Shown piece by piece: positions 10,089-19,407 of a DNA stretch of 48,114 bases. Both the position numbers and the translations under genes were made by a program. Location: the sequence record SRR20825006_1239, one strand, 5' to 3'. How positions within the stretch are numbered: position 1 is the first letter of the stretch; each line of letters opens with the position of its first letter. The notes beneath the pieces are model-generated. The model searched no databases, was not told the origin of the DNA, and saw only the letters and a program-made list of their open reading frames with translations.

Positions 10089-10469
10089 GATGAGGTTCAT
10101 CGTAATACGAGAAGATGAATCTTAGCTGGGCACTGCAATGGTGACTGTTATTCTTAGTTCGAAGCCGAGGCGGTCATCAGTTCGAAGCGGGGTCACCGTG
10201 TCCCATCGGTTGGGGGCCGTTTTTCGCGAATAAAAGTTCGTGGTTTTTTACTGGGTTTGCAAGGCGGAACCGTTGCTACGCCTGTCTCTGCAGACGGGTG
10301 TGCTTCCGTCTTTCGGGGGTTTTTGGCCAATTCTGGAACGCCAGCGTTCAATAGTGGTGTTCTCTTGAATATACAGTATGCGAAAAAATCGCATGCGATG
10401 TCGGCGTCGATTGGCACGCCAGATCAAAAGTATTTCAAGTGCTAAATATTCAAACCCAGGAAAGTTCTC

Positions 10470-11702
10470 ATGTTAAGTAAAAACGTATCTCGTCGAGCGT
10501 TCACTTTGGTGGAGCTGCTCGTCGTGATTGCGATCATTGGCGTGCTGGTTGGGCTGCTTCTGCCCGCCGTGCAAGCCGCTCGCGAGGCTGCGCGACGAAT
10601 GAGTTGCAGCAACAACTTCAAGCAGCTCGGACTGGCGATGCACAACTACCACAGTGCATACAACGGTGCCCCAATCCACGGAGTTGGAACGGATGTCGGC
10701 GACGGCTCTCACAACTGGTGGACCAGCTACACGACCCACAACTACTGGCGACTGAACGCTTTGGTTGGGATGACTCCTTTCATGGAGCAACAAGCGTTGT
10801 GGGAACAGATCTCGAACCCCAATTCAGAACGCACCGATGGAAATACCGGTGCGGGCATTGGCGTTCCAACCAATCCTTGGCCGCCGATGGGACCTGCCCC
10901 CGACAACATTCAATACAAACCTTGGGCGACGGAACTCCCGATGTTGCGTTGCCCGAGCGATCCAGGTGAAGGTTTGCCAAGCCTTGGTCGTACGAACTAT
11001 GCCATGTCGATGGGCGATTCGTTCTGGTGGACGATGAACGGAAAGTTGCGTCCGGCGAATCCAGGTGAGGCGAGCAACTACGCACAGAATTCACGTGCCG
11101 CCAATCGTGGTTTCTTCGTGATGCACTCGCAAACAAAATTTCGCGACGTCTTGGATGGTTTGTCCAACACAATCGCGATGGCTGAAATTGCGACGGACTT
11201 GGGTGACGGTGACAATCGGACGCGCGGGAAAACGCATTCCGGCGGTCAAGGTGCTCAAGCATTGATGCGAGACAATCCAAAGCTTTGCATCGAAGACAGC
11301 TCGCCGATGATCGATCCAACTCGTCCGCAATTTTGGGTCAACAGTGGTTTGGAAGGTGTGACCAAGGGCCGCGGTTTTCGCTGGGCCGATTCCCAAAACG
11401 CCCAATCGAATGTTCACACTATTTTGCCACCAAACGCACCGATGTGCGTCGCGCACGATTCGAACGGCAATGCGATCATGAGCAGTGCTAGCCGTCACCA
11501 AGGCGGGGTGCACGTTTTGATGGGCGATGGTGCTGTGAAATTCATCACCTCGTCGATTGAAGCTGGCAACCAGAACAATCCGGTCGTCCACTTGGGTGGC
11601 AACGCGGTCAACCTCAATCAAGCGGGCTCGAAGAGTCCCTACGGATTGTGGGGCTCTTTGGGATCTCGTGCGTCACGTGAAGTGATCGACGGGGAATTCT
11701 AG
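10470..11702 (+). CDS. DUF1559 prepilin-type (N-terminal cleavage/methylation) protein, copy 1
   Basis: [71 protein letters not shown] (H-X9-DG). Confidence 0.95.
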   Translation: MLSKNVSRRAFTLVELLVVIAIIGVLVGLLLPAVQAAREAARRMSCSNNFKQLGLAMHNYHSAYNGAPIHGVGTDVGDGSHNWWTSYTTHNYWRLNALVGMTPFMEQQALWEQISNPNSERTDGNTGAGIGVPTNPWPPMGPAPDNIQYKPWATELPMLRCPSDPGEGLPSLGRTNYAMSMGDSFWWTMNGKLRPANPGEASNYAQNSRAANRGFFVMHSQTKFRDVLDGLSNTIAMAEIATDLGDGDNRTRGKTHSGGQGAQALMRDNPKLCIEDSSPMIDPTRPQFWVNSGLEGVTKGRGFRWADSQNAQSNVHTILPPNAPMCVAHDSNGNAIMSSASRHQGGVHVLMGDGAVKFITSSIEAGNQNNPVVHLGGNAVNLNQAGSKSPYGLWGSLGSRASREVIDGEF

Positions 11703-11733
11703 GAACGATCGTTTTCCGCTGCTGAAACACCGC

Positions 11734-11770
11734 GAACGCCACGTTGTTGATCAACGTGGCGTTCTTCATT
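11734..11770 (+). terminator. Hairpin / probable terminator after DUF1559 copy 1
   Basis: 13-bp stem GAACGCCACGTTG (11734-11746) / CAACGTGGCGTTC (11752-11764), then TTCATT. Confidence 0.7.
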
Positions 11771-12085
11771 TGTGCAGGGCCGAATGCGATATCTGCGTCG
11801 CTAAACGATGACCAACCGAATGTTTTCCGAGAACGGTTCGGCCAATCCCAAGTTTTAAGATGAAATATCTCTAAGGATTTGAGTTTTTTTGCGGGGTTGG
11901 AGCAGGCCTGCGTTCTCGTTTTGCAAGGTGATTTGCGGTGCTTAAGGCGTATCGGCGTCCGTTGCGTTGGTGCACGGGTGGCGAATGCGTTATTTGAGCG
12001 TGGTAGAAGTTCGGGTTTTGGAATGTCTAAGTGGGATTCTGCTTTGCCAGATCGTTATCCGCACTTCTTTCCAAGGAATGAACAG

Positions 12086-13315
12086 ATGGTCACAAGGGGA
12101 CGCTCTCAGCGTGGTTTTACTTTGGTCGAGCTATTGGTTGTCATCGCAATCATTGGCGTGTTGGTCGGACTGCTTTTGCCTGCCGTGCAGGCAGCTCGTG
12201 AGGCGGCTCGCCGAATGAGCTGCAGCAACAACTTCAAGCAGCTTGGTCTTGCCATTCACAACTACCACAGCGCCTACAACGGGGCTCCGATGCAAGGCGT
12301 CGGGACGGACGTGGGCAACGGCAGTCACAATTGGTGGACCAGCTACAACAACCACAACTATTGGCGTCTGAGCGCACTGGTGGGGATGACTCCGTTCATG
12401 GAGCAGCAGGGGATTTGGGAGCAAATCACCAATCCGAATGCGGAGCGGACCGATGGCAACACCGGGGCGGGGATTGGGACACCGACGAATCCATGGCCGC
12501 CAATGGGCCCAACACCTCAGAACATCCAGTACAAACCTTGGGCGACCGAGCTTCCGATGTTGCGTTGTCCGAGTGACCCGGGCAAAGGTTTGCCCAGTTT
12601 GGGACGAACGAACTATGCAATGTCGATGGGGGATTCGTTCTGGAGAACGATGCACGGTCATCTCCGGCCCGCCAATGCCGGGGCGGCGAACAACTTCGCG
12701 CGGCATTCTCGCGCGGCCAACCGAGGGTTCTTCGTGAAGCACAAGCAAATAAAATTCCGCGATGTGCTGGATGGTTTGTCGAACACCATCGCCATGGGAG
12801 AGATCGCGACCGACCTTGGAGACTTGGACAACCGAACTCGTGCCAAACGCCACCCCGATCGCCAACCAGCGCAGACCGCGATTCGTCAGAACCCGAGGCT
12901 GTGTATCGAAAATGGGACGATGATCGATCCTCAACGGCCACAGTTTTGGACCTCAGGGGCTCTGGAGGGTGTCAGCAAAGGACGCGGTTTCCGCTGGGCA
13001 GATTGCCAGAATGCCCAGTCCCAAATTCACACGATTTTGCCTCCCAACAGTGCCACTTGTATTCCTCACGATTCAAACGGGCCATCGATCATGACGGTTT
13101 CTAGTCGTCACCAAGGTGGTGCGCACGTGTTGATGGGAGACGGTGCGGTCAAGTTCATCACTTCTTCGATTGAATCCGGGAACCAGAACAACCCTGTGGT
13201 CTGGCTGAACGGGAATGACGCCAACAAAAATCAATCCGGCGCGCAGAGCCTGTACGGCTTATGGGGCGCACTCGGTTCGCGTGGTTCACGTGAAGTGATC
13301 GACGGCGAGTTCTGA
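12086..13315 (+). CDS. DUF1559 prepilin-type protein, copy 2 (tandem paralog)
   Basis: [10 protein letters not shown]...; same motifs as copy 1; about 80% identical by hand alignment. ATG 12086 has AAGGA upstream; the ORF-track extension to 11879 is unlikely. Confidence 0.95.
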   Translation: MVTRGRSQRGFTLVELLVVIAIIGVLVGLLLPAVQAAREAARRMSCSNNFKQLGLAIHNYHSAYNGAPMQGVGTDVGNGSHNWWTSYNNHNYWRLSALVGMTPFMEQQGIWEQITNPNAERTDGNTGAGIGTPTNPWPPMGPTPQNIQYKPWATELPMLRCPSDPGKGLPSLGRTNYAMSMGDSFWRTMHGHLRPANAGAANNFARHSRAANRGFFVKHKQIKFRDVLDGLSNTIAMGEIATDLGDLDNRTRAKRHPDRQPAQTAIRQNPRLCIENGTMIDPQRPQFWTSGALEGVSKGRGFRWADCQNAQSQIHTILPPNSATCIPHDSNGPSIMTVSSRHQGGAHVLMGDGAVKFITSSIESGNQNNPVVWLNGNDANKNQSGAQSLYGLWGALGSRGSREVIDGEF

Positions 13316-13365
13316 GCCGCCGATGCTTGCATGCTGCTCATTCGGGCAGCAATCGCTCACTCAAT

Positions 13366-13406
13366 AAAAAGAACGCCACGCTGGAAACAGCGTGGCGTTC
13401 TTTTTT
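13366..13406. terminator. Bidirectional intrinsic terminator between convergent genes
   Basis: AAAAAGAACGCCACGCTG-GAAA-CAGCGTGGCGTTCTTTTT, with A and T tracts on either side of the stem. Confidence 0.9.
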
Positions 13407-13430
13407 AGTTCCGTTTTTCTGTTCTGCGGT

Positions 13431-13622
13431 TCACTCCGCTGCTTCCATGCCTTCTTGAGCTGCCTTTTCTTCTTCGGCGATCATTCGTTCGTAATCTGCG
13501 ATCGCATCGAGGTCCGTTGAGTCCACGACGGAGGCTGGTTCATCGGATCCGCAACCAGGCAATGCACAGGCGCCGAAGGCGATCAAAGAGGCGAAGCAGA
13601 CGCCTTGGAAAACTTGTTTCAT
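13431..13622 (-). CDS. Small acidic lipoprotein (type often found beside DUF1559 genes)
   Basis: MKQVFQGVCFASLIAFGACALPG|C lipobox-like site; short acidic helical mature part (DLDAIADYERMIAEEEKAAQE). Confidence 0.8.
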   Translation of the reverse strand: MKQVFQGVCFASLIAFGACALPGCGSDEPASVVDSTDLDAIADYERMIAEEEKAAQEGMEAAE

Positions 13623-13928
13623 CGATTTGTACCGAAAGGTGAATGGGATGATCAATCGAGGTGCAACTTAGCAGAGTGCACGCAAACTGAGAATTGTCCC
13701 GGCTCGCCAGAGGGACGTGAATGAAACGAATCGCGTGAAACTGGTTCGGCGGTCGTTGTTTGCTTGATCCGTCTTGTAGTCGCCCGCAAAGTTTCGCTAT
13801 TCCGGATTTCCCTCAAGATCGTTTCTGTGTGATGTCGATCCGTGGAGGGGAGATGTTGCGCCTGGAGAGTCCTGTACGTGGAGGATGTTTCCGTAGACCA
13901 CTCACGTTCCAAAACGAGAGAAGTACGC

Positions 13929-15464
13929 ATGACAACCGCGTCCAAAAATACAAATCCAAGCCGTCGCTCCAATCCGTCTCGCACGGAGATGGATGAAATG
14001 GCGCCAACGTTGCTTCGACTGCCTGACCTTTGTCCGCCGACAGGTCCGGAAGAGGCCTATGTCGAAGAAACAACGCCTCCGGAAGAACCAGGAAGCGATG
14101 CGGGGCTGTCAATGCAAGACATGCTCGATGCCGCAACGGAAGTCCCTACCAACTTGGACGCTCCTGCCAGCGTCACGCGTTTGCCCAGTTTGGTGCCGCC
14201 TCAGAACTTGGTGAGTTCACCGGACGCGTCAGCGGCAGTTGCAGCTCCAGCGATTCGTGAAAACACAACTCGGAATGCAACGACTCAGAATGCGCCGTCG
14301 GTGCAGCCTGTCGTGTCGTCGCCCGCCACCACCGCAACGGTATTGGCCGATTCAAAGTCAACCGAAGTGGCATCCAAGCCGTCGTGGAAAGAAAGCTCGG
14401 AGACGTTTAGCAACCGAGCGTTGGCGGTTGTTGGATCACGGAACACATTGCTGGTTTTGCTTGCTGTTCTGGCGTGCTGGGCGGTGTTCGCGCCGCGACG
14501 AAATCCGAACGCTCAACAAAATTCAGAAGCGTTGATAGCGAAGGAGCCCGAGGCCGACCGTTCGGCAGCGAAGAAGGACGATCTATCTCCAATCAGTTCA
14601 ATCGCCAGCGACAAAGCGAACACGCGACCAAAGAAGCACTTTGGCGATCGCAAAGCGGCAGACAGCGTCGCAGTCGGCAAGATCGGCAATCCAAAACCGA
14701 ACGTCGGTCAAGTCACGCTTGGTCCGTCTGTGGCCGCCGCCACGTCTGGCACTCCGAAGCACTCTGTTAACAAAACAACTTTGGGCCAACCCTCGGCGAC
14801 CAAGGCCATGGGAGTGGTTCCGGGTGGAACCAGCTTGGTGCAGTCGCAATTGGCATCATCGACGATGCAACACGGCGTCGGTGCAGACGCTCCATTTGAT
14901 TCGGTGCCATTCCATCAGGAATCGTCAGCGGAAGTCGCGTCGTCGCCAACCAATGCAGGCATGACACTTGATGCCTTGGCGGCGAACTACGCTGCAGGTT
15001 CGCCATTAGAAATCACCGAGGAAGAAGTCGACACAACCGCCGATCAAGACACCTCGTTCGGTAGTGACGCATTGATGAATGATGTGCCACCAACGAACAC
15101 GACGTCGGTTGAAGAGACGTCAGATGCGGTTCCCGTTCCACTGCAGACCGGAACGCCAGGCCCCATTTCAAACTGGATGGACTATTTGCCACCAATGCCA
15201 TCGGAAATGGGTGATCAAGCGTCAAACGCCGCGCCTGCCGGACCGACTGCCACTGGTTCGCCGGCAGCGACCGTCGCCGAACAGGTAGCGGGAGCAAACG
15301 AATTTCCTGCAACTCAATCACCAAGCACTCCCGACTTCCGGTTTGCATTGCCAAGCGATGGACCGGAGGGTTCTGTCGGAACCCAAGCCCCGGCGACGAG
15401 TGACCAACCCGAGGCCCGAGTTGCCGCACCGCCTTTCTATCCCGATTTTAATCTGCGCCGCTGA
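13929..15464 (+). CDS. Hypothetical single-pass membrane protein with low-complexity P/S/T/A-rich flanks
   Basis: Long ORF with one hydrophobic segment (LLVLLAVLACWAVFAP); ends 13 nt before the next gene. Start uncertain (13842-13998). Confidence 0.7.
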   Translation: MTTASKNTNPSRRSNPSRTEMDEMAPTLLRLPDLCPPTGPEEAYVEETTPPEEPGSDAGLSMQDMLDAATEVPTNLDAPASVTRLPSLVPPQNLVSSPDASAAVAAPAIRENTTRNATTQNAPSVQPVVSSPATTATVLADSKSTEVASKPSWKESSETFSNRALAVVGSRNTLLVLLAVLACWAVFAPRRNPNAQQNSEALIAKEPEADRSAAKKDDLSPISSIASDKANTRPKKHFGDRKAADSVAVGKIGNPKPNVGQVTLGPSVAAATSGTPKHSVNKTTLGQPSATKAMGVVPGGTSLVQSQLASSTMQHGVGADAPFDSVPFHQESSAEVASSPTNAGMTLDALAANYAAGSPLEITEEEVDTTADQDTSFGSDALMNDVPPTNTTSVEETSDAVPVPLQTGTPGPISNWMDYLPPMPSEMGDQASNAAPAGPTATGSPAATVAEQVAGANEFPATQSPSTPDFRFALPSDGPEGSVGTQAPATSDQPEARVAAPPFYPDFNLRR

Positions 15465-15477
15465 GTGACAGGGAAAC

Positions 15478-16971
15478 GTGATGACTCAACCCAATAACTT
15501 CATTCAATCGCATGCTCGGAATCGTCGCTACGTTTCCAAGACGGTGGCTCAGATGCAGGCGGTCGATTCCATTGAATCCGTCTCCGAGTTGCCGCGAACG
15601 AATGACACCGCCAATCAAGATTCGTTGACTGGTCTGGAGCGATCCGAACGCGTCACTCGCCGCTTGGACGAAGCCGTGTTGCGACTTGATCGTGCCGCTT
15701 CGATGCGTCGCCAACGAGAAACGGAAGACGCCGTCGCCGGAACACCATCGGATCAACCTGCTCCGGTAAGCGACCCAGTTGTTCCTGCACCAAAGGCTCA
15801 TTCGCTCCAAAAATCGCCTTCGCCAATCAGCCAGCCGTCTGACCGGTTGAAACCAATGGTTGGTGATCGTCGCGACGATGTGACCGGAATGCAGTTGGAT
15901 GCATCTGTGGCCGAATCATCATCGATCTGGATGGAGACCGCTGATCAATCGACTCGATTGCGGATCGATCGGCCTGTGAACGCCGAAGAAACGGCTCGAC
16001 GAATTGGCGAACCGTTGATTGTTTCAGGCGTCGCAAAGATTCCAGTGGCACCGGTATCGGACACCAACACAATCGAATCGGTTGCATCGCAACCAGTTGC
16101 CCACAAGGCGGCCCCGAGCCATGTTCCGGCAGAAGTGCCCAAGCCGCAATCGACACCCGACGTTGCGACTCGCGCGGCTCAGACGATGAGCGAAGCGGAA
16201 CGCTATCTTGCCGAATCAATGCGGCAGCAGACTGCGACCGTGGCAGAGCCCACACCGTTGATCCAGCCAGAACCGTTGGCCGCAATTGAAACAGTTTCCG
16301 CACCAATCAAAGAACCGTTGCAAGTTGCCAAGCGACCGTTTGTCGCTGCCTGGCAAGTGAACGAAATGGATGTTCCGGATACGGTTTCCGAATTGTTTTT
16401 GTGTGGGTCGCTGGCCGATCAACTCGGGCAGCATATCGTCGACGCACAGCTCGATGGACTAGGGTCGATCGCAGTGACCAGTGTTCTGCCCGGTGAAGGT
16501 CGCTCGACCGTTGCGATGGGCATCGCATTGAGTGTCGCCTACACGGGAATGAAGGTTGCTTTGGTCGACGCCGACAGCAACGGTCCTACTCTGGTCGACG
16601 ACTTCGCACTGGAGTTGGATCACGACTGGATCGATGCCATTCGCGACGGCATTCCCGTTGAAGAGATTGCCGTGGCGTCCGAGTCTGACGCGTTGACTTT
16701 GATCCCGCTGCTGCCGGGAGCGGACGAATTGTCGCCGGCTTCGAGCGAGTTGGAACAGGTCGTCGAGCGCCTCAAACAGTCATTCGATCTGGTGATCATC
16801 GACTGTGGCACGTCCGCGTTGGCGACCGCGAGTCTGTGTGATTCGGCGTTGGTCGTACGTGACGCAAGTCGAACGGATGTTTCGGAAATCGAATCACTCG
16901 TCAATGAGCTTCGTCGAAACGGACTGACCGGAATTGGCATCGTCGAAAACTTTTGCCAAGACTCCGAATAA
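15478..16971 (+). CDS. CpsD/CapB (BY-kinase)/MinD-like P-loop domain protein with a long disordered N-terminus
   Basis: SIAVTSVLPGEGRST (Walker A, K to R), KVALVDAD, FDLVIIDCG, GIVEN; no C-terminal Tyr cluster. Confidence 0.8.
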   Translation: MMTQPNNFIQSHARNRRYVSKTVAQMQAVDSIESVSELPRTNDTANQDSLTGLERSERVTRRLDEAVLRLDRAASMRRQRETEDAVAGTPSDQPAPVSDPVVPAPKAHSLQKSPSPISQPSDRLKPMVGDRRDDVTGMQLDASVAESSSIWMETADQSTRLRIDRPVNAEETARRIGEPLIVSGVAKIPVAPVSDTNTIESVASQPVAHKAAPSHVPAEVPKPQSTPDVATRAAQTMSEAERYLAESMRQQTATVAEPTPLIQPEPLAAIETVSAPIKEPLQVAKRPFVAAWQVNEMDVPDTVSELFLCGSLADQLGQHIVDAQLDGLGSIAVTSVLPGEGRSTVAMGIALSVAYTGMKVALVDADSNGPTLVDDFALELDHDWIDAIRDGIPVEEIAVASESDALTLIPLLPGADELSPASSELEQVVERLKQSFDLVIIDCGTSALATASLCDSALVVRDASRTDVSEIESLVNELRRNGLTGIGIVENFCQDSE

Positions 16972-16992
16972 GTCATGTACGGAAAGTAAGTG

Positions 16993-17943
16993 TCAGCGTT
17001 CTCGAAATAGTTCGCTGATGGATTGGTCGTGGTGAATTCGTTTGATTGCTTCGGCCAACAACGGTGCCACCGAAAGCTGGACTAGGTTAGGCAACAATTT
17101 CTCACCCGTCACAGGAATCGTGTCCGTGACGGTGATCGAATCAATTGGGGCTTCACGCAGTCTTTCGATGGCTGGACCGCAAAGAACCCCGTGGGTGCAA
17201 GCGATGTGAATCTCTTTCGCACCCGCTTCGTGAACCAAACGAGCCGCACCGCAGATCGATCCGGCCGTGCTGATCATGTCGTCAAACATGAGAGCCACTT
17301 TGCCTTCGACAGGGCCGCCGATGATCGTGTTTTGGCGGACTTCCAAGGCGTTGGTGCGACGTTTGTCGACGATGGCCAAATTGCCACCGAGTCGTTTGGT
17401 GTGACCGAGCGCTCGCTTGATACTGCCTTCGTCGGGACTGACAACGACAACCTCATCGCCAGCAAATCGGCGACTGACGAAGTGATCGTTGATAACCGGA
17501 GCGGCGTACAGGTGATCGACGGGAACGTCAAAGAAACCTTGGATCTGTGCGGCATGCAGATCCATCGTGAGGACGCGATCGGCACCGGCTCGCGTGATCA
17601 GGTTCGCAACCAATTTCGCGGTGATCGGCACGCGACCTTCATCTTTGCGATCTTGTCTGGCGTAGCCAAAGTAAGGAATCACGGCGGTGATCCGCTCGGC
17701 ACTGGCTCGTTTGCAGCAATCGATCATCGTCAACAACTCAATCAAGTTGTCGTTGACGGGCGGGCAAGTGGGCTGCACGAGGAAAACATCGCGACCGCGA
17801 ACATCTTCATCCAGTTTGCAGTAGTTTTCGCCGTCCGGAAATTGGCCCAGCGTGATGCGAGCGGGTTTCAGGTGCAGGTGGCGACACAGTTTTTCAGCGA
17901 GATCGTGGTTTGCTCGGCCACTGAAGATTTTCAGTTCACGCAT
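16993..17943 (-). CDS. prs: Ribose-phosphate pyrophosphokinase
   Basis: MRELKIFSG, FPDGE, PYFGYARQDRK, DLHAAQIQGFF, VSPD-G, DDMISTAGS; start overlaps the upstream stop by 8 nt. Confidence 0.97.
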   Translation of the reverse strand: MRELKIFSGRANHDLAEKLCRHLHLKPARITLGQFPDGENYCKLDEDVRGRDVFLVQPTCPPVNDNLIELLTMIDCCKRASAERITAVIPYFGYARQDRKDEGRVPITAKLVANLITRAGADRVLTMDLHAAQIQGFFDVPVDHLYAAPVINDHFVSRRFAGDEVVVVSPDEGSIKRALGHTKRLGGNLAIVDKRRTNALEVRQNTIIGGPVEGKVALMFDDMISTAGSICGAARLVHEAGAKEIHIACTHGVLCGPAIERLREAPIDSITVTDTIPVTGEKLLPNLVQLSVAPLLAEAIKRIHHDQSISELFRER

Positions 17944-18733
17944 AACCCATCGCTCGCATTGTTTGGTCGACCACTTGGAGTTCCTCGGGGTTGTTGATGG
18001 AAAGCGATTCGCAATCCTGCAAAACGGGCAAGGCTTCGACGGGGCGTCCGGCTTCGTGAAGCAGGCGTGCACAATCCGTCAGGTAGTATTCGCCTTGGGC
18101 GTTGTCGTTGCTCAGTTTCGAAAGCGAATCGAGCAAGTCCTCGTTGTTGAACAGATACGTGCTCATGTTCACTTCGCGAATTTCGCGTTGTTCGTCGGTG
18201 GCATCTTTGTGTTCCACGATGCCGGTGAATTGGCCGCTTTCGTTTCGCACGATTCGGCCCAGGCCCGTCGGATCGTCTTTGGTCAAAGTACCAAGCAGCA
18301 ACGCCGGACGGGTGGCTTGGAAGTGCTCGATCAGCTTGATCAGGCTGGATGGTTGAATCAGCGGGGAGTCACCAGCGATGACGAGAGTGAGGCCTTCGTG
18401 GCCAGCCAGCTGGTCGCGACACATTTGAACGGCATGCCCCGTTCCTAGCTGCTCGGTTTGCTCAGCAAAGGTCAGCGAATCATCGCCGCGGGTTTGGAGC
18501 TCTTTTCGCACCAGATCCGCTTCGTAGCCCACCACCGCAATTTTTTTCTGGATGCCAGCTTTGTCGGCGGCGTCCAGGACAAAGTGAATCATGGGCCGAT
18601 CGACGACGGGGCACAGGACTTTGGGAAGTTCGCTGTTCATGCGAGTTCCCTTGCCGGCGGCGAGGACGACCAGGCACACATTGGCGGTGGAGTTCGCCGT
18701 CGGGGGAGCGGAGGACTCTGAATTCGTAGTCAT
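17936..18733 (-). CDS. glmU: GlmU-like N-acetylglucosamine-1-phosphate uridyltransferase (N-terminal domain only)
   Basis: VVLAAGKGTRMNSELPKVL, EQLGTGHAV, GDSPL, GLGRIVR, IVEHKDA, NAQGEYYLTD; 265 aa with no hexapeptide acetyltransferase domain; sits directly upstream of prs. Confidence 0.85.
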   Translation of the reverse strand: MTTNSESSAPPTANSTANVCLVVLAAGKGTRMNSELPKVLCPVVDRPMIHFVLDAADKAGIQKKIAVVGYEADLVRKELQTRGDDSLTFAEQTEQLGTGHAVQMCRDQLAGHEGLTLVIAGDSPLIQPSSLIKLIEHFQATRPALLLGTLTKDDPTGLGRIVRNESGQFTGIVEHKDATDEQREIREVNMSTYLFNNEDLLDSLSKLSNDNAQGEYYLTDCARLLHEAGRPVEALPVLQDCESLSINNPEELQVVDQTMRAMGYA

Positions 18734-19136
18734 CGGGGATCCGAGATTACCGTTGCGGCGATGAGGATTGCGAATGGAAAACGAGGAGGGTCAACATCGT
18801 CCCTTGCCAGTACCTTTCGGGCAAGCCGGTAGCTGGACCAAACTGCCCATCCCCCGGGACGCGAGTGGAAAACTCCGGCGGCGGGATGTGAAACCCGATC
18901 GTTTCACACCCAACTGTCACGGGGCGGTAAAGATCCGGTCAGGTGTTTTGAGAGTCGAGAAACCGGTCTCGGATGGCAACTCGTGAGGCTTGAATCAATT
19001 CGTCTGCAAAAGCCAATTTTTTTGGCTGCGTTGACCTTGCCGGCGGTTTCACGCGATTGATAGTGTGACGGAACAGAATTTTGCCCAGAACTTTTGCTCA
19101 GAATTCAAATGAGACTGCAGGCCTTCGGCGATTCAG

Positions 19137-19144
19137 GCCGATAT
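19137..19144 (+). promoter_or_regulatory. Possible sigma-28 -10 element upstream of flgM
   Basis: GCCGATAT matches the FliA -10 consensus GCCGATAA at 7/8 positions; the -35 match is poor and the site is about 265 nt upstream of the ATG. Confidence 0.35.
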
Positions 19145-19407
19145 CAGACGTGTTCTCGAAACTGCGCTTGCGAAGTCTCCACCGATTCTGACGGATTGAT
19201 TCCTGGGACAAGGATTGCAACGCTGATAACCGAGTCGAGAGTTCCCTGATTGGATGCGCCCCGAGCGCACTCCCATGACGGATCGGTTGTCGCACCCACA
19301 ATCCTTTTCAAACTTTTGTCGATCGATCGACATGCCAAATGGGCCACGAAGGTCCGGTATGTCATCCGGTTGTCAATTCCGCTTTCCGCCCGGGAGCACG
19401 CGTCAAG

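Noticed and set aside
10156-10188. AGTTCGAAGC repeated twice with a 23-nt period upstream of DUF1559 copy 1
   Set aside because: Only 10 nt, built on the very common TTCGAA word, and absent upstream of copy 2.
10411-10427. TGGCACG upstream of DUF1559 copy 1 as a sigma-54 promoter
   Set aside because: The -24 element matches, but the -12 position reads ATCA rather than TTGC.
11879-12085. N-terminal extension of DUF1559 copy 2 in the ORF track
   Set aside because: Prepilin leaders are short; ATG 12086 matches the copy 1 start position and has an upstream AAGGA.
12131-12934. 267-aa minus-strand ORF
   Set aside because: Antisense to DUF1559 copy 2; not maintained as one ORF opposite copy 1.
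17191-18448. 268-aa and 198-aa plus-strand ORFs
   Set aside because: Antisense shadows of prs and glmU.
18819-18882. GGGCAAGCCGG...CCGGGACGC resembling a c-di-GMP-I riboswitch
   Set aside because: Lacks the GAAA tetraloop stem and the GCAAAGC continuation; spacing does not fit. An Rfam scan would settle it.
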